A stretch of 64,000 bases of DNA, taken from contig NZ_CP134949.1 in assembly GCF_032116555.1 (NCBI RefSeq), forward strand, positions 372,001-436,000, written 5' to 3'. The position numbers and the translations under genes were made by a program. Shown in pieces: positions 10,313 to 20,434 of the stretch. The stretch's first letter is position 1. Each line of letters opens with the position of its first letter. Source of the DNA: Halorarum halobium. Lineage in GTDB: Archaea; Halobacteriota; Halobacteria; Halobacteriales; Haloferacaceae. The notes under the pieces are model-generated. The model ran no database searches, had not been told where the DNA came from, and saw nothing but the letters and a program-made list of their open reading frames with translations.

Positions 10313-11032
10313 CTAGGCGATGTACGCCTCCTGCACCCTGCTGTCGTTCATAATCTTGTCGGGCTTGCCCGACGCGAGGAAGCGTCCGTTGTCGATGACG
10401 ACGATCTTGTCACAGATCCGCCTGATGACGGAGAGGTCGTGTTCGATGACGAGGAACTCTATCCCGTGATCCTCGTGTAGCTGGACGATGTGCGAGATGA
10501 GCTCGTCCTTCTCGCTCGGATTCAACCCCGCCATGATCTCGTCGAGGAGCACCAGCGACGGGCCGGTCAAGAGCGCTCGCGCGAGGTCGAGGTACTTCTG
10601 TTCGACGAACTGGAGGTTCTCGGGGGAGCGATCGCGAGTCTCCCGGAGATCGAACAGGTCCAGGAGATCCTCCACCGAAAACGCGGTCTCGGCGTTCCGG
10701 TCCGCGGGGCCGAAGTGGCGGGCGATTCTGAGGTTCTCCTCCACGCTCAACTCCGTGAACGGGCGGGGGGACTGGAACGTCCGCGAGATCCCCCGCCGAC
10801 AGATCTCGTGAGGTTTCTCGCCCGTGACCTCCTCCCCCTTGAAGTAGACCGACCCGGTCGTCGGCTTGAGGACGCCGGTGGTGAGGTTGAAGAACGTTGT
10901 CTTCCCCGCGCCGTTCGCACCGATCAGCCCCGTGATCACGCCCTCTTCCATCTGGAGATCGAGTTCGTCGAGCGCCACGATGCCGCCGAAATGTTTCGAA
11001 AGGTTTTGTGCTTCTAGCAACATTTCTTCCAT
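10313..11032 (-). CDS. livG: ABC ATP-binding protein (LivG-like)
   Basis: GANGAGKTT, RTFQ, LLDEIMAGLN, IEHD, VQEAY. Confidence 0.92.
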   Translation of the reverse strand: MEEMLLEAQNLSKHFGGIVALDELDLQMEEGVITGLIGANGAGKTTFFNLTTGVLKPTTGSVYFKGEEVTGEKPHEICRRGISRTFQSPRPFTELSVEENLRIARHFGPADRNAETAFSVEDLLDLFDLRETRDRSPENLQFVEQKYLDLARALLTGPSLVLLDEIMAGLNPSEKDELISHIVQLHEDHGIEFLVIEHDLSVIRRICDKIVVIDNGRFLASGKPDKIMNDSRVQEAYIA

Positions 11033-11046
11033 GGCGGGTCGGCGAT

Positions 11047-12216
11047 CTACGATTCCCTCGGGGGGAGCTCGGATGTCTTGTACTCCACCGCGGCGACCGG
11101 ACTGTCGTCCTGGATCTCCCAGCGGAGCAGCGAGGAGCGGAACGTCTGGTTGTCCCCGCTCTCGTTGAAGTTGATGTCGAAACCCGAGATCGACGGCAGT
11201 TCGATCTCGCCCAGCGTCGTGTTCGTGCTCTGGGGGGTCTGCTCCTCGGCCTGGACGACCGCCTGCATCGCCGTGTAGGCGGCGTCGTAGCCGAGGAAGT
11301 CGATCGTCTCCGCCCGCTCGTCGAACCGCTCTTGCTTCTTCGAGATGAAGTCGGCGGCGGCGTCGGTTCGGCGGTCGACGCCGTGATAGCCGACGCCCTC
11401 CACGGTGTTCCCCATCGCGCTGAGGAACGCGTTCGACCCGTACAGGTTACCGCCGATGTGGTACTTGCCGTCGATGAGTCCGGCGTCCTTCGCCTGTTCG
11501 ATGAGGACGACGCCGTTGTTTCCGGGGTAGATGCCCAGGAACGCGTCGGTCTCGTCGGGGTCGATGTTCGAGAGGGTCGGCCTGAAGTTGTCAGTCCCCA
11601 GCGGCACGAACGTGGAGGAGATCAACTCCACCCCGAAGTCCGCCATGTGCATCTCGAAGTACTCCTTGAACTTCCGGCCGTAGCTGTAGTCGGCGAAGAT
11701 CGCTGAAACGTTGCTAGCGCCGACGTTCTCGTAGTACTCGAGCGTGGCCAGCGCGAGCTGTTCGCCGTTGCCGTACGTCCGGTACATGTAGTCGGTCCCG
11801 TCCTGGGTCACCTCCGGGTTCGTGATGACGGGGCCGACCATCGGCACTTCCTCCTGCATCAGGAGGTCGCGCAGGCCGACGCCGACGTCGCTGGAAACGG
11901 GTCCAGTGAGGGCGATGCAGCCGTTCTCGATCTGCTCTTGCACCACGCTCCTGGCGGTCTCGACGCTCCCTTCGGTGTCGGCAAACACCATCTCGAACTC
12001 GTCGTCGACCTCGCTGTTCACGTCGTCGAGCGCGATTTCCGCGCCCTGACGTAGCCCCTCACCGAAGGTCGAGAGGGAACCGGTCAGCGACGACACGAAC
12101 CCGATCTTTCGCTCGTACTCGGTGCCGCCGCCGCCGCCGACGCAGCCGGCGAGTCCCGTCAGTGCCGCCGCCGATGCACCTGTCCGTTTCAGAAACGCCC
12201 GTCTGTGTGTTACCAT
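11047..12216 (-). CDS. ABC substrate-binding lipoprotein (LivK/J-like), Tat-exported
   Basis: RRAFLK twin-arginine signal and LAGC lipobox; KIGFVSSLTG, GPVSS, DYSYG. Confidence 0.9.
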   Translation of the reverse strand: MVTHRRAFLKRTGASAAALTGLAGCVGGGGGTEYERKIGFVSSLTGSLSTFGEGLRQGAEIALDDVNSEVDDEFEMVFADTEGSVETARSVVQEQIENGCIALTGPVSSDVGVGLRDLLMQEEVPMVGPVITNPEVTQDGTDYMYRTYGNGEQLALATLEYYENVGASNVSAIFADYSYGRKFKEYFEMHMADFGVELISSTFVPLGTDNFRPTLSNIDPDETDAFLGIYPGNNGVVLIEQAKDAGLIDGKYHIGGNLYGSNAFLSAMGNTVEGVGYHGVDRRTDAAADFISKKQERFDERAETIDFLGYDAAYTAMQAVVQAEEQTPQSTNTTLGEIELPSISGFDINFNESGDNQTFRSSLLRWEIQDDSPVAAVEYKTSELPPRES

Positions 12217-12576
12217 CAACCATTGATGAATAGGGTGTGCTCAAATAGTTTTCGCTGACTGTTCGGTTCCTCAGGAGTTATCTCGCGCGGCTCCGTTAAT
12301 TCATACCGACGGTCGGCTTATTCCACCCGGCGTTCGTCGATTCTTGCCGTTCTCTCGTTCCCGCGCACGTGAACGGGAGAAGGACAACGGACGCGGGTGC
12401 CCCCGTCGTGGTGGACGAACACGGCGACTGTCGACGACGCGGAACTCGCGGGTTGATCCCCACGCGTGAAGTCGCGGTCATTCACGAGCGACGGGTACCC
12501 GGTGGAGCAGACGGTGCTCGTTCGAGCCCGGTTCCGACACGGCGGCGGGGTCCACGGCCAAACCGTCGAACGGCTC

Positions 12577-13302
12577 TCACAGGTCGAACAGGCTGCCAGC
12601 CTGGACCGACTCCGAGCCCACCCCTGCCGCACGGAGGGCGTCCCACAGGGTGGCCTGGTGTGCGGAGACGACCGGCTTGTCCAGGTCGGCCTCCAGCGTC
12701 TCGACGACCGGCATCCCGTGGTACTCCATGCCGCTGATGAACACCCCGTCCGCCTCGTCAGTGTCGATGGAGCGGACGCGTCGGTACACGCTTCGGGGGG
12801 TCGAGGTGCCGTAGTCCGCCCCGGACGCGAAGTCCTCGCCGTGAACGTCGAGGACGGAGTAGCCGTGTTGCTCGAGGTACGCGACGAGCAGGTCGCTGAG
12901 TTCGTCGATGTACGGCGTGGCGATCACGAGCGACTCCAGGTCCAGCGCCTCGAAGGCCCGCCGGGCCGCCGTCGCGGTCGTCACCGCCGGGACGCCGGCG
13001 CGCTCCTCGATCCGTTCGGCGAGTTCGACGTCGTACCCCTTCCCCCGGTAGAAGCTCCCGGCGGTAACCCCGTACGCGACGACGTCCGGGTCGACCTTCG
13101 CCACGGCGTCGGTCGCCCTGTCCACGTCGCGGTTCATCCCTTCGAGCGCGGCGGCGTCCACCGGGTCATCGAGCGGGAGGCGGGCCGCGTGCACGGTCAC
13201 GCCCTCGGGCGCGTGCCGGTTGAACTCGACCTCGCTCACGGTGTTGATGTCCGGGGTCAACAGGCCGATCCGCGCCCGCCAGCCGTAGTGCTTGCCGGTC
13301 AT
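12577..13302 (-). CDS. Asp/Glu racemase superfamily (maleate isomerase/arylmalonate decarboxylase-like) protein lacking both catalytic Cys
   Basis: YGWRARIGLLTP.N...E.EF, ATPY, KPVVSAHQA; YGVTAGS and FISGMEY where Cys is expected. Confidence 0.85.
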   Translation of the reverse strand: MTGKHYGWRARIGLLTPDINTVSEVEFNRHAPEGVTVHAARLPLDDPVDAAALEGMNRDVDRATDAVAKVDPDVVAYGVTAGSFYRGKGYDVELAERIEERAGVPAVTTATAARRAFEALDLESLVIATPYIDELSDLLVAYLEQHGYSVLDVHGEDFASGADYGTSTPRSVYRRVRSIDTDEADGVFISGMEYHGMPVVETLEADLDKPVVSAHQATLWDALRAAGVGSESVQAGSLFDL

Positions 13303-13462
13303 GGGTCGTGATACCGCACAGCGGACCAAATACGTTCTGCCGACCGATCGCTCGTTTCGCCGACCCCTCTCCCGTCCCCCCGACCGATCTCATCGCACCG
13401 ACGCTCGTCCCCTGGCTTGCTCGTATCGATACGCTTTCGGCTTCGGAACGAAACCGACACTC

Positions 13463-14665
13463 GTGGTCGACGGAGAAGCTCGTGTCCCGGAAACCGTCCA
13501 CGGGTGGTGGATCGTGCTCGTGGGGACGCTCTCGATGACGTTCACGTTCGGAACGCCCTACTCGTACGGGCTGTTCCTGGGAGCGTTCGCCGAGACGTTC
13601 GACGTGTCGCGCGTCACCCTCTCGACCGTCTTCTCCGTCGAACTGTTCGCGTTCTACGCCGGCGCGGGCGTGGTCGGGGTCCTCGTGACGCGGCTCCCGG
13701 CCCGCGCCGTACTGCTGGTCACCGGCGGTACGACCGCGTTACTCGCGCCGTCCCTCTACGTCGTGGACTCGCTCGCGGGGCTGTTCGTCGTCTTCGGACT
13801 GCTCGGGACCGCGCTGGGGACCGTGTACGTGGTGCTGGCGTCAGTCGTCCCCCAGTGGTTTCGGGAGCGTCGCGGCCTTGCGACGGGCGTCCTCTTCATG
13901 GGCAACGGGCTCGGACTCCTCGTGCTTCCGCCGGCCTGGCGGTACGGCTTCGAGCAGTTCGGCGTTCGGCGGGGGTTCCTCATCGTCGTCGGGGTCAGCG
14001 CAGTTTCGTTCCTCCTCGCCGGCGCGTTCTGCCGACGGCCGCCCTGGAGCGAGCCCGGCGGCGAGTCGCTGGCGGACCTCTCCCGCTGGCTGGTCCGGCT
14101 GGCGGGCGGTCGCGGGTTCCAGTTGACGTTCCTCGGCATGGGGCTCGCGTTCGCCTGGTACTACCTGCTCGCCGCCTACGCGGTCGATCTGTTCGTCACC
14201 CGGGGTCTCTCGGAGGCGACGGCGACGCTCGCGTTCGGGTTCATCGGCGGGGTCAGCGTTTTCTCGCGGGTCGGGAGCGGCGTGGTCGCCGATCGGTTCG
14301 GCTACCGGCGAACGTTCCTCGCTTCGCTCGGCCTGGCGGCGCTTGGAAGCGCGCTGCTGTTGGTTCCCAGCGCCGTCTTCGTCTTCCTGTCCGTCTGCGT
14401 CTTCGGCCTCGCGCTCGGAGCCATCGGCACCCTGTACATCCCGATCCTCATGCGGCGGTACGACCCCGAGAAGGACACGGCGATCATCGGCGTGTTCAAC
14501 GTGACCTTCGGCGTGTTCGCGCTGGCCGCACCGCCGGTCGGGACGGCCCTGATCGCGTACAGCGGGTCCTACTCGGGAGTCACCGTGCTCACGCTGCTCG
14601 CGTCGATCGGCGCCATCTGTGCGGTCTGGCTGGGAACGCCCCCGGCGCAACTGGACTCCTCCTGA
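13463..14665 (+). CDS. MFS transporter (monocarboxylate/OFA-like)
   Basis: GWWIV, QWFRERRGLATG, GVVADRFGYRR; start uncertain (GTG at 13463). Confidence 0.88.
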   Translation: MVDGEARVPETVHGWWIVLVGTLSMTFTFGTPYSYGLFLGAFAETFDVSRVTLSTVFSVELFAFYAGAGVVGVLVTRLPARAVLLVTGGTTALLAPSLYVVDSLAGLFVVFGLLGTALGTVYVVLASVVPQWFRERRGLATGVLFMGNGLGLLVLPPAWRYGFEQFGVRRGFLIVVGVSAVSFLLAGAFCRRPPWSEPGGESLADLSRWLVRLAGGRGFQLTFLGMGLAFAWYYLLAAYAVDLFVTRGLSEATATLAFGFIGGVSVFSRVGSGVVADRFGYRRTFLASLGLAALGSALLLVPSAVFVFLSVCVFGLALGAIGTLYIPILMRRYDPEKDTAIIGVFNVTFGVFALAAPPVGTALIAYSGSYSGVTVLTLLASIGAICAVWLGTPPAQLDSS

Positions 14666-14690
14666 GTTGGGGGAGCGATCCGCCCGCTCG

Positions 14691-15431
14691 TCAGCCGAGC
14701 CGACGTTCCCACGCCGGGGCCGCGAGCGATTCCCCGCTCACGCCCTCAGGTCCCTGTCCGGCCAGCAGCACCGCCGCCTCGTCCATGACGTCCGGCTGCA
14801 GGATCGACTCCCGCTCCTCGTCGGGCAGGTGGTCCCAGAACGCCGTGTTCACCCGGCCGCCGGGACCGAGGCTGTTGACGTTGATCCCCGCCTCGTCGTA
14901 CTCGGCCGCCATCGTCCGCGTCAGGGCCTCCACGCCGGCCTTCGAGGCGGCGTACGGGCCGAACCTGGGCGCCGGTTTCTCCGCCAGCCCCGAGGAGACG
15001 TTGACGACGTTCCCGGAGCCCCCGTCGAGCATGTGTGGCAGCGTCGCCTTCGAGAACCGGAACACGCCGGTCAGGTTCGTGTCGAGCACCAGCTCCCACT
15101 CGTCCTCGGTCACGTCCCCGAGGAGCTTGCCGTCCTTCCCGAGGCTCAACAGGCCCACCGCGGCGTTGTTCACCAGGGTGTCGATCCCGCCGAACGCGTC
15201 GACCGTCCGCTCGACGGCGCGGGACACCGAGTCGGCGTCCCGCACGTCCGCCGGCGCGACCAGCGTCTCCCCGTCGGCGTCCGCGGCCACCGCGGTCAGT
15301 TCGTCCCCGTCACGCGCGACCAGCGCCACGCTCGCGCCCTCCGCCGACAGTCGCAGCGCCATCGACCGACCGAGCCCGCGGCTCGCGCCCGTGACCACGA
15401 TCCGTTCGCCGTTCAGGTTCGCCATGGACAC
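14691..15431 (-). CDS. SDR family oxidoreductase
   Basis: TGASRGLG, NNAA, NVSS, YAASK. Confidence 0.93.
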   Translation of the reverse strand: MSMANLNGERIVVTGASRGLGRSMALRLSAEGASVALVARDGDELTAVAADADGETLVAPADVRDADSVSRAVERTVDAFGGIDTLVNNAAVGLLSLGKDGKLLGDVTEDEWELVLDTNLTGVFRFSKATLPHMLDGGSGNVVNVSSGLAEKPAPRFGPYAASKAGVEALTRTMAAEYDEAGINVNSLGPGGRVNTAFWDHLPDEERESILQPDVMDEAAVLLAGQGPEGVSGESLAAPAWERRLG

Positions 15432-15530
15432 TGATGACCGAACCGTCCCATAAGGGTTTCCTCGGGGAGAGCCCCCGATCCGGCGGCCGATTCAGCCCAC
15501 GACCCGGCCGTCAACGATCGTCGGTCGTCG

Positions 15531-15935
15531 TTAGACGTCGCCGGTGTACGTCCGGGTGGCCGTGAGCCGGTCCATCTTCCACTCGCCCCCGTGTTTGCCG
15601 TACTCGACGTCGTGTGTGCCCATCGCCCACTCGCCATCCCCGTGGTCCGGGTCGTCGGCCTTCAGGAGCACGTACGACCAGCGGGCGGTCGCCTCGTCGC
15701 CCTCGACCGTGATGATGGGGTTCGTGGCGAGGTGCTGATACGCGGCCGGCCTGTTCGCCGCGCTGGATTCGAGGAACTCCCGGATCTCCTCGCGACCCTC
15801 GAACGACCGGTCCCCGAGGGCGAACGTGCCGTTCGGAGCGAACAGGTTCGCCAACGATTCGGGCTCGCCGTCGTCGACCGCCCGGATGTACTCGTAGTGG
15901 ATCCGCTCGAGCTGGCTTCTATCGCGTTCGGACAT
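15531..15935 (-). CDS. SnoaL/NTF2-like protein
   Basis: Y..AVD, LFAPNG, GREEI, H..TNPII, ATARWSY, GEWKM pattern. Confidence 0.85.
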   Translation of the reverse strand: MSERDRSQLERIHYEYIRAVDDGEPESLANLFAPNGTFALGDRSFEGREEIREFLESSAANRPAAYQHLATNPIITVEGDEATARWSYVLLKADDPDHGDGEWAMGTHDVEYGKHGGEWKMDRLTATRTYTGDV

Positions 15936-15984
15936 GCCGGGTAGTCGTGAGCGGCCGGCTCACAAGAATCATTCGTCGCGGGGC

Positions 15985-16467
15985 TTACTCGATGGTGCCG
16001 TACTGGCCCCTGAAGAACGTGAGCGGGGCCGCGTCGGGCTCCTGGACGCCCATCTCCTCGACGTGGCCGAGATAGATGGTGTGGTCGCCCCCGTCGTAGC
16101 TCTCCGTGAGGGTACAGTCCATGTAACAGATCGCCTCCTCGACGATCGGCGATCCGGTCGCCTCCCGACGGAACGTGACGTCCTCCCAGGGGTCGTCCAT
16201 CTCCTTGTGTTCGCCCGCGAAGCGGTTCGAGAGCCACTCCTGCTCCGCGGAGAGGACGTTCACCGCGTAGCGCTCGCTCTCGGCGATCAGGTCGTGCGAC
16301 GTCGTTCCCTTGTCAGCGTTGAACAGGACGAGCGGGGGATCGAGCGACACCGAGGCGAACGAGTTCACGGTCATCGCGTGATCGTCCCCGTCGACCGTCG
16401 TCGTCACGACCGTCACGCCCGTCGCGAAGTTTCCCATCACCTGTCGGAACTGATCTTGCTCGACCAT
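15985..16467 (-). CDS. Flavin reductase (HpaC/DIM6/NTAB-like)
   Basis: FRQVMGNFATGVTVVT, SVSLDPPLV, GGDHTIYLG, PL.FFRG.Y. Confidence 0.95.
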   Translation of the reverse strand: MVEQDQFRQVMGNFATGVTVVTTTVDGDDHAMTVNSFASVSLDPPLVLFNADKGTTSHDLIAESERYAVNVLSAEQEWLSNRFAGEHKEMDDPWEDVTFRREATGSPIVEEAICYMDCTLTESYDGGDHTIYLGHVEEMGVQEPDAAPLTFFRGQYGTIE

Positions 16468-16611
16468 GAGCAGTTGCTATGCTCGCTACTACTAAACTAC
16501 TGTGCCCGGCGGCCGACGATCCTCCTGCCGTGCCGCCGGCGACCGGCGGCCGACGATCCGGCGTTGGCACTCCGGACGCGAAGCGGGAGGGAGAAACGTC
16601 GAACCGCCCGG

Positions 16612-17430
16612 TCAGGACTCGAGGAACTCCCTGGTCCGCGAGAGGAACTCCTCGGGGTGTTCGATGTGTGCGCTGTGGTGAGTCTCCTCGAGCAGGACGA
16701 GTTCCGAGCCCGGGATCATCTCGTGGAGTTCGGTCATCGCCTCGGGCGGCTGCAGGGGGTCATCCTGCCCGCCGAAGATGAGCGTCGGCACGTCGACCCG
16801 CTCGTACTCGTGGCTGCGCCTGAACTCCCGGTCCTCCTCGAACGGCGTGTTGAACCGGATGGCGGCGGTGCTCTGCCAGTGGCCGGGGATCCTGCTCGCC
16901 GCCCGTTTCCGGTCGACGTACGCCTGGTCGTACCACTCCTCGTAGAACAGGAGCGAGAGGATCTCGCGGACGTCCTCCTCGGTGGCCTCGAAGTTGTGGA
17001 GGATCTCGCCGAACCCCTGCGGGGCCCCGCCGCCGCCGCTCACGAGGACGATCTTGTTCATGTTCCACTCCGGGTCGTCCTCGCACGCGAGGCTGGCGAT
17101 GTAGCCGGCGCCCATCGAGTGGCCGATGAAGTGCGCCTCGTCGACGTACAGCGCGTCGAGGAACGCCCCGACGTGGCGCACCCGTCGGTCGAACTGGTCC
17201 CCGAAGTCGAACACTTTCTCGGAGCGGCCGTACCCGAGCAGGTCGGGCGCGAGGACGTGATAGTCCTCCGCCAGGTCGTCGATGACTGGCTCCCAACTGA
17301 GCTCCGCGGTCGCGCCGAACTCGCCCGAGTGAATCAGGACGAGCGTCTCGTCGTTGCCCTCGCCCGCTTCGAGGTAGTGTGTTTTCAAGTCGTTGACGTC
17401 GAGGTACCGACTCGTGTAGGATTGACTCAT
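16612..17430 (-). CDS. Alpha/beta hydrolase (C-C hydrolase/deformylase-like)
   Basis: APDLLGYGRS, nucleophile GHSMG, GGQDD, H..HIEHP; ATG at 17430. Confidence 0.9.
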   Translation of the reverse strand: MSQSYTSRYLDVNDLKTHYLEAGEGNDETLVLIHSGEFGATAELSWEPVIDDLAEDYHVLAPDLLGYGRSEKVFDFGDQFDRRVRHVGAFLDALYVDEAHFIGHSMGAGYIASLACEDDPEWNMNKIVLVSGGGGAPQGFGEILHNFEATEEDVREILSLLFYEEWYDQAYVDRKRAASRIPGHWQSTAAIRFNTPFEEDREFRRSHEYERVDVPTLIFGGQDDPLQPPEAMTELHEMIPGSELVLLEETHHSAHIEHPEEFLSRTREFLES

Positions 17431-17585
17431 GCTACCACCATTCCCGGTAGGTTCTGGGAAAGCGACCGACATAAGTGTTCCCGACCGTCGGACGTGGTGG
17501 CCCTCCGCCGTCGACCGTCGGGTCGGGGGCGGCGGACGCACGGGGCACCGAAATCGTCATGGTCGTCCGTGCGGACGGGTCACAC

Positions 17586-18713
17586 ATGTCGGTAGAGGAG
17601 TCGGGCCCGGAGGCAGAGGTCCCGCCCGAGGCGTTCGAGACGCGCATCGTCGACGTCGACTTCCACATGAACCCCGCCGAGGAGGTCCTCCTCGAGTACG
17701 TGGACGACGGGACGGTGCGGGAGAAGCTGACGACGGAGTTCGGGATGACCCCCCGGAAGGGCAAGTGGGACGCCGCCTACGCGATCAAGGGGGGCAACGA
17801 GGGGCTGTTCACGCAGGGGCGCGCACAGACCCCGGCGGACGTCCGCGAGGCGGCGCGGACGTTCGCGATCGACGAGCCGGTCGTCAACGCCGGGATCAAC
17901 AACCTGCCGACCCAGCACCACCCCGTGCTGAAGAACGCGGTCGCGGGGGCGGCCAACGACTGGCTCCTCGACGCCGTCGTGCCCGAGGACCTCCACTGTC
18001 TCATGATGCTCCCCCAGTGGGACCCCGAGTTCGCGGTCGAGGAGATCGAACGCGTCGGCGACGAGCGGGGGATCGTGGGCGCGTACGGCTGGTTCGGTCC
18101 GTTCCGGCTGTTCGGGACCACCGACTTCGATCCCGTGTTCGAGGCGCTGGAGGCCAACGACCTCCCGCTGTTCCTCCACGGGTCGCTCTCGTTCTGGCCC
18201 CAGAACACCCCCGTCGGCGACGGCACGTACACGTGGACCGAGATACTGGGGTTCGACTGGCCCGTCCACGCCCAGATGACGACGGTCAACATGATCATGA
18301 GCGGGGTGTTCGACCGGTTCCCGGACGTCCAGGTCGTCATCCAGGAGGGGGGCCACTGGTGGCTCCCGTTCCTCCGCTATCGGATGGACGAGTTCTACGA
18401 GATGCACCCCGAGGACGTCGCGATCACGCCGCGGAAGTTCGAGGCCGGGGAGCGGTACCTGGACCGCTCCCCGAGCGAGTACCTTCGGGATAACGTCAAC
18501 GTCTGCACCCAGCCGATGGCGCCGCCCGACCGGTCCGGGGAGCTGCGGAACCTGCTCGAACTGTCGATGGCGGCGGACACGTTCCTCTATTCGAGCGACT
18601 GGCCCCACCAGACGCTCGACCCGGCGACGTGGGCGTTCGACAACCCGGCGATCGACGACGAACTGCGCGACGCGATCCTGCACGGGAACGCCGAGCGGCT
18701 CCTCGGGATCTGA
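17586..18713 (+). CDS. Amidohydrolase_2 family protein (possible dimetal oxygenase subunit)
   Basis: VDVDFH, PLFLHG, GVFDRFP..VVIQEGG..W.P, YSSDWPH, GNAERL. Confidence 0.85.
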   Translation: MSVEESGPEAEVPPEAFETRIVDVDFHMNPAEEVLLEYVDDGTVREKLTTEFGMTPRKGKWDAAYAIKGGNEGLFTQGRAQTPADVREAARTFAIDEPVVNAGINNLPTQHHPVLKNAVAGAANDWLLDAVVPEDLHCLMMLPQWDPEFAVEEIERVGDERGIVGAYGWFGPFRLFGTTDFDPVFEALEANDLPLFLHGSLSFWPQNTPVGDGTYTWTEILGFDWPVHAQMTTVNMIMSGVFDRFPDVQVVIQEGGHWWLPFLRYRMDEFYEMHPEDVAITPRKFEAGERYLDRSPSEYLRDNVNVCTQPMAPPDRSGELRNLLELSMAADTFLYSSDWPHQTLDPATWAFDNPAIDDELRDAILHGNAERLLGI

Positions 18714-18715
18714 CG

Positions 18716-19078
18716 ATGTCGTCGGAAACCTCCCACCGGGTCGCGGCGGCCGACGAGATCGACCCCGGCGAGGGGATGGGTGTCGAGGTCGACGGCATCG
18801 AGATCGCCCTGTTCAACGTCGAGGGCGAGTTCCACGCCATCAGCAACCGGTGTCCACACCAGCGCGCCCCGCTCTGCAAGGTCGGCGAGAAGAAGATCAA
18901 CGGTGAGCTGTGCTGGAGTGACACCCGCGGCGGGGTCGACGCCGAGACGCCGGCCATCTCCTGTCCGTGGCACCTCTGGGAGATCGAACTCGAGACGGGC
19001 GAACATCCCGTGTCCGGGTCGAAGATCGGGTGCTTCGACGTCGTGGTCGAGGAGGGCGACGTGTTCGTCGAGCTCTAG
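18716..19078 (+). CDS. Rieske [2Fe-2S] ferredoxin
   Basis: NRCPHQ and SCPWH ligand motifs; ATG 2 bp after the upstream stop. Confidence 0.93.
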   Translation: MSSETSHRVAAADEIDPGEGMGVEVDGIEIALFNVEGEFHAISNRCPHQRAPLCKVGEKKINGELCWSDTRGGVDAETPAISCPWHLWEIELETGEHPVSGSKIGCFDVVVEEGDVFVEL

Positions 19079-19204
19079 GCGGGCCCCCCGGACCCCGCCC
19101 CCGCGCCGCTACTGCCCATCCCATCGGTTCGGCGGATCGACCCCTCCCATCGGTTCGGTGGGCCCCTGCGAAGGATTTTATGAGGAAACGCCTATGAGGG
19201 GGGT

Positions 19205-20347
19205 ATGGAAATCATCCATTTCCATCTGATGCCGTGGCAACGGACCGAGGACGCCATCGCGTGGCCCTACTCCGAGGACAAGTTCGACCCGGCGATCGGG
19301 GGCGACCTCTACGAGACGTACTTCTCCCAGCTCGAGTACTCCGAGGAGCTCGGATTCGACACCATCGGCTTCAACGAGCACCACTACACCGCCTACGGCC
19401 TGATGCCCGGCCCGAACCTCGTCGCAGCCCACATGGCGGCCCGGACCGACGAGATCGGCCTCGCGGTCATGGGCAACGTGCTGCCGATCCGCGGCAACCC
19501 GATCCGGGTGGCAGAGGAGATGGCGATGCTCGACAACATCAGCGACGGACGGATGACGAGCGGGTTCGTCCGCGGCATCCCGACCGAGTACGCCGCCTAC
19601 AACGTCGACCCCGACGAATCGCGCGGCCGCTTCGAGGAAGCCTGGGAACTCGTCGTCGAAGCCTGGACCGCCGAGGAGCCGTTCGACTGGGACGGCGAGT
19701 TCTGGCAGTACGACGACGTCTACATCTGGCCGCGACCCAAGCAGGACCCCCACCCGCCGCTCTGGATGCCCGCCGAGAGCCGGAAGTCGATCGAGTGGGC
19801 CGCCAAAAAGCGGGTCCCGATGGCGCAGGTGTACGTCGGGACGGAGAACCTCGTCGACTCCGCGGACTACTACCGACAGGTCGCACGCGAGGAGTACGGC
19901 TGGGAGCCCACGGAGGAGTACTTCTCGCCGTGCCGTCCGGTCTACGTCGCGGAGACGATGGGGAAGGCACGGGCGGAGGCGGAAGAACACCTCGAGTTCT
20001 TCTACGACACGCTGTTCGCCGGCCTCTACCGCGCCGGCGCGGTCCAGCAGGTCGGCGAGTCCGCCTACCGGGAGGACGACTCCTTCTCCTATGCGGACCA
20101 CACGCCCGAGAAGGGGAAGAAGGCGATGAACTTCGACTTCGACGAACTACAGGAGACCGGCGAGATCATCGTCGGGTCGCCCGAGTACGTGGTCGGCGAG
20201 ATCGAGCGCCAGTACGAGGCGATCGGCGGGTTCGGCACGTTCATCGGACTGTTCCAGTTCGGGACGCTCCCCGACGACCTGGTTCGACGGAACCTCGAAC
20301 GGTTCAGCGACGACGTCATGCCCGAAGTGCGGTCGCTGACGAACTGA
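19205..20347 (+). CDS. Luciferase-like (LLM class) flavin-dependent monooxygenase
   Basis: FNEHHY, P.RVAEE.AMLD.IS.GR, WPRPKQDPHPPLW, IVGSPE.V. Confidence 0.92.
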   Translation: MEIIHFHLMPWQRTEDAIAWPYSEDKFDPAIGGDLYETYFSQLEYSEELGFDTIGFNEHHYTAYGLMPGPNLVAAHMAARTDEIGLAVMGNVLPIRGNPIRVAEEMAMLDNISDGRMTSGFVRGIPTEYAAYNVDPDESRGRFEEAWELVVEAWTAEEPFDWDGEFWQYDDVYIWPRPKQDPHPPLWMPAESRKSIEWAAKKRVPMAQVYVGTENLVDSADYYRQVAREEYGWEPTEEYFSPCRPVYVAETMGKARAEAEEHLEFFYDTLFAGLYRAGAVQQVGESAYREDDSFSYADHTPEKGKKAMNFDFDELQETGEIIVGSPEYVVGEIERQYEAIGGFGTFIGLFQFGTLPDDLVRRNLERFSDDVMPEVRSLTN

Positions 20348-20434
20348 CGTGGACGGGAGTCGGACCGCGAGCAACGGGAGTCCTCGAGCCACACCCGTCG
20401 CACGCGGAGCGGGGAGATCGCCTCCAGTGCGGGC

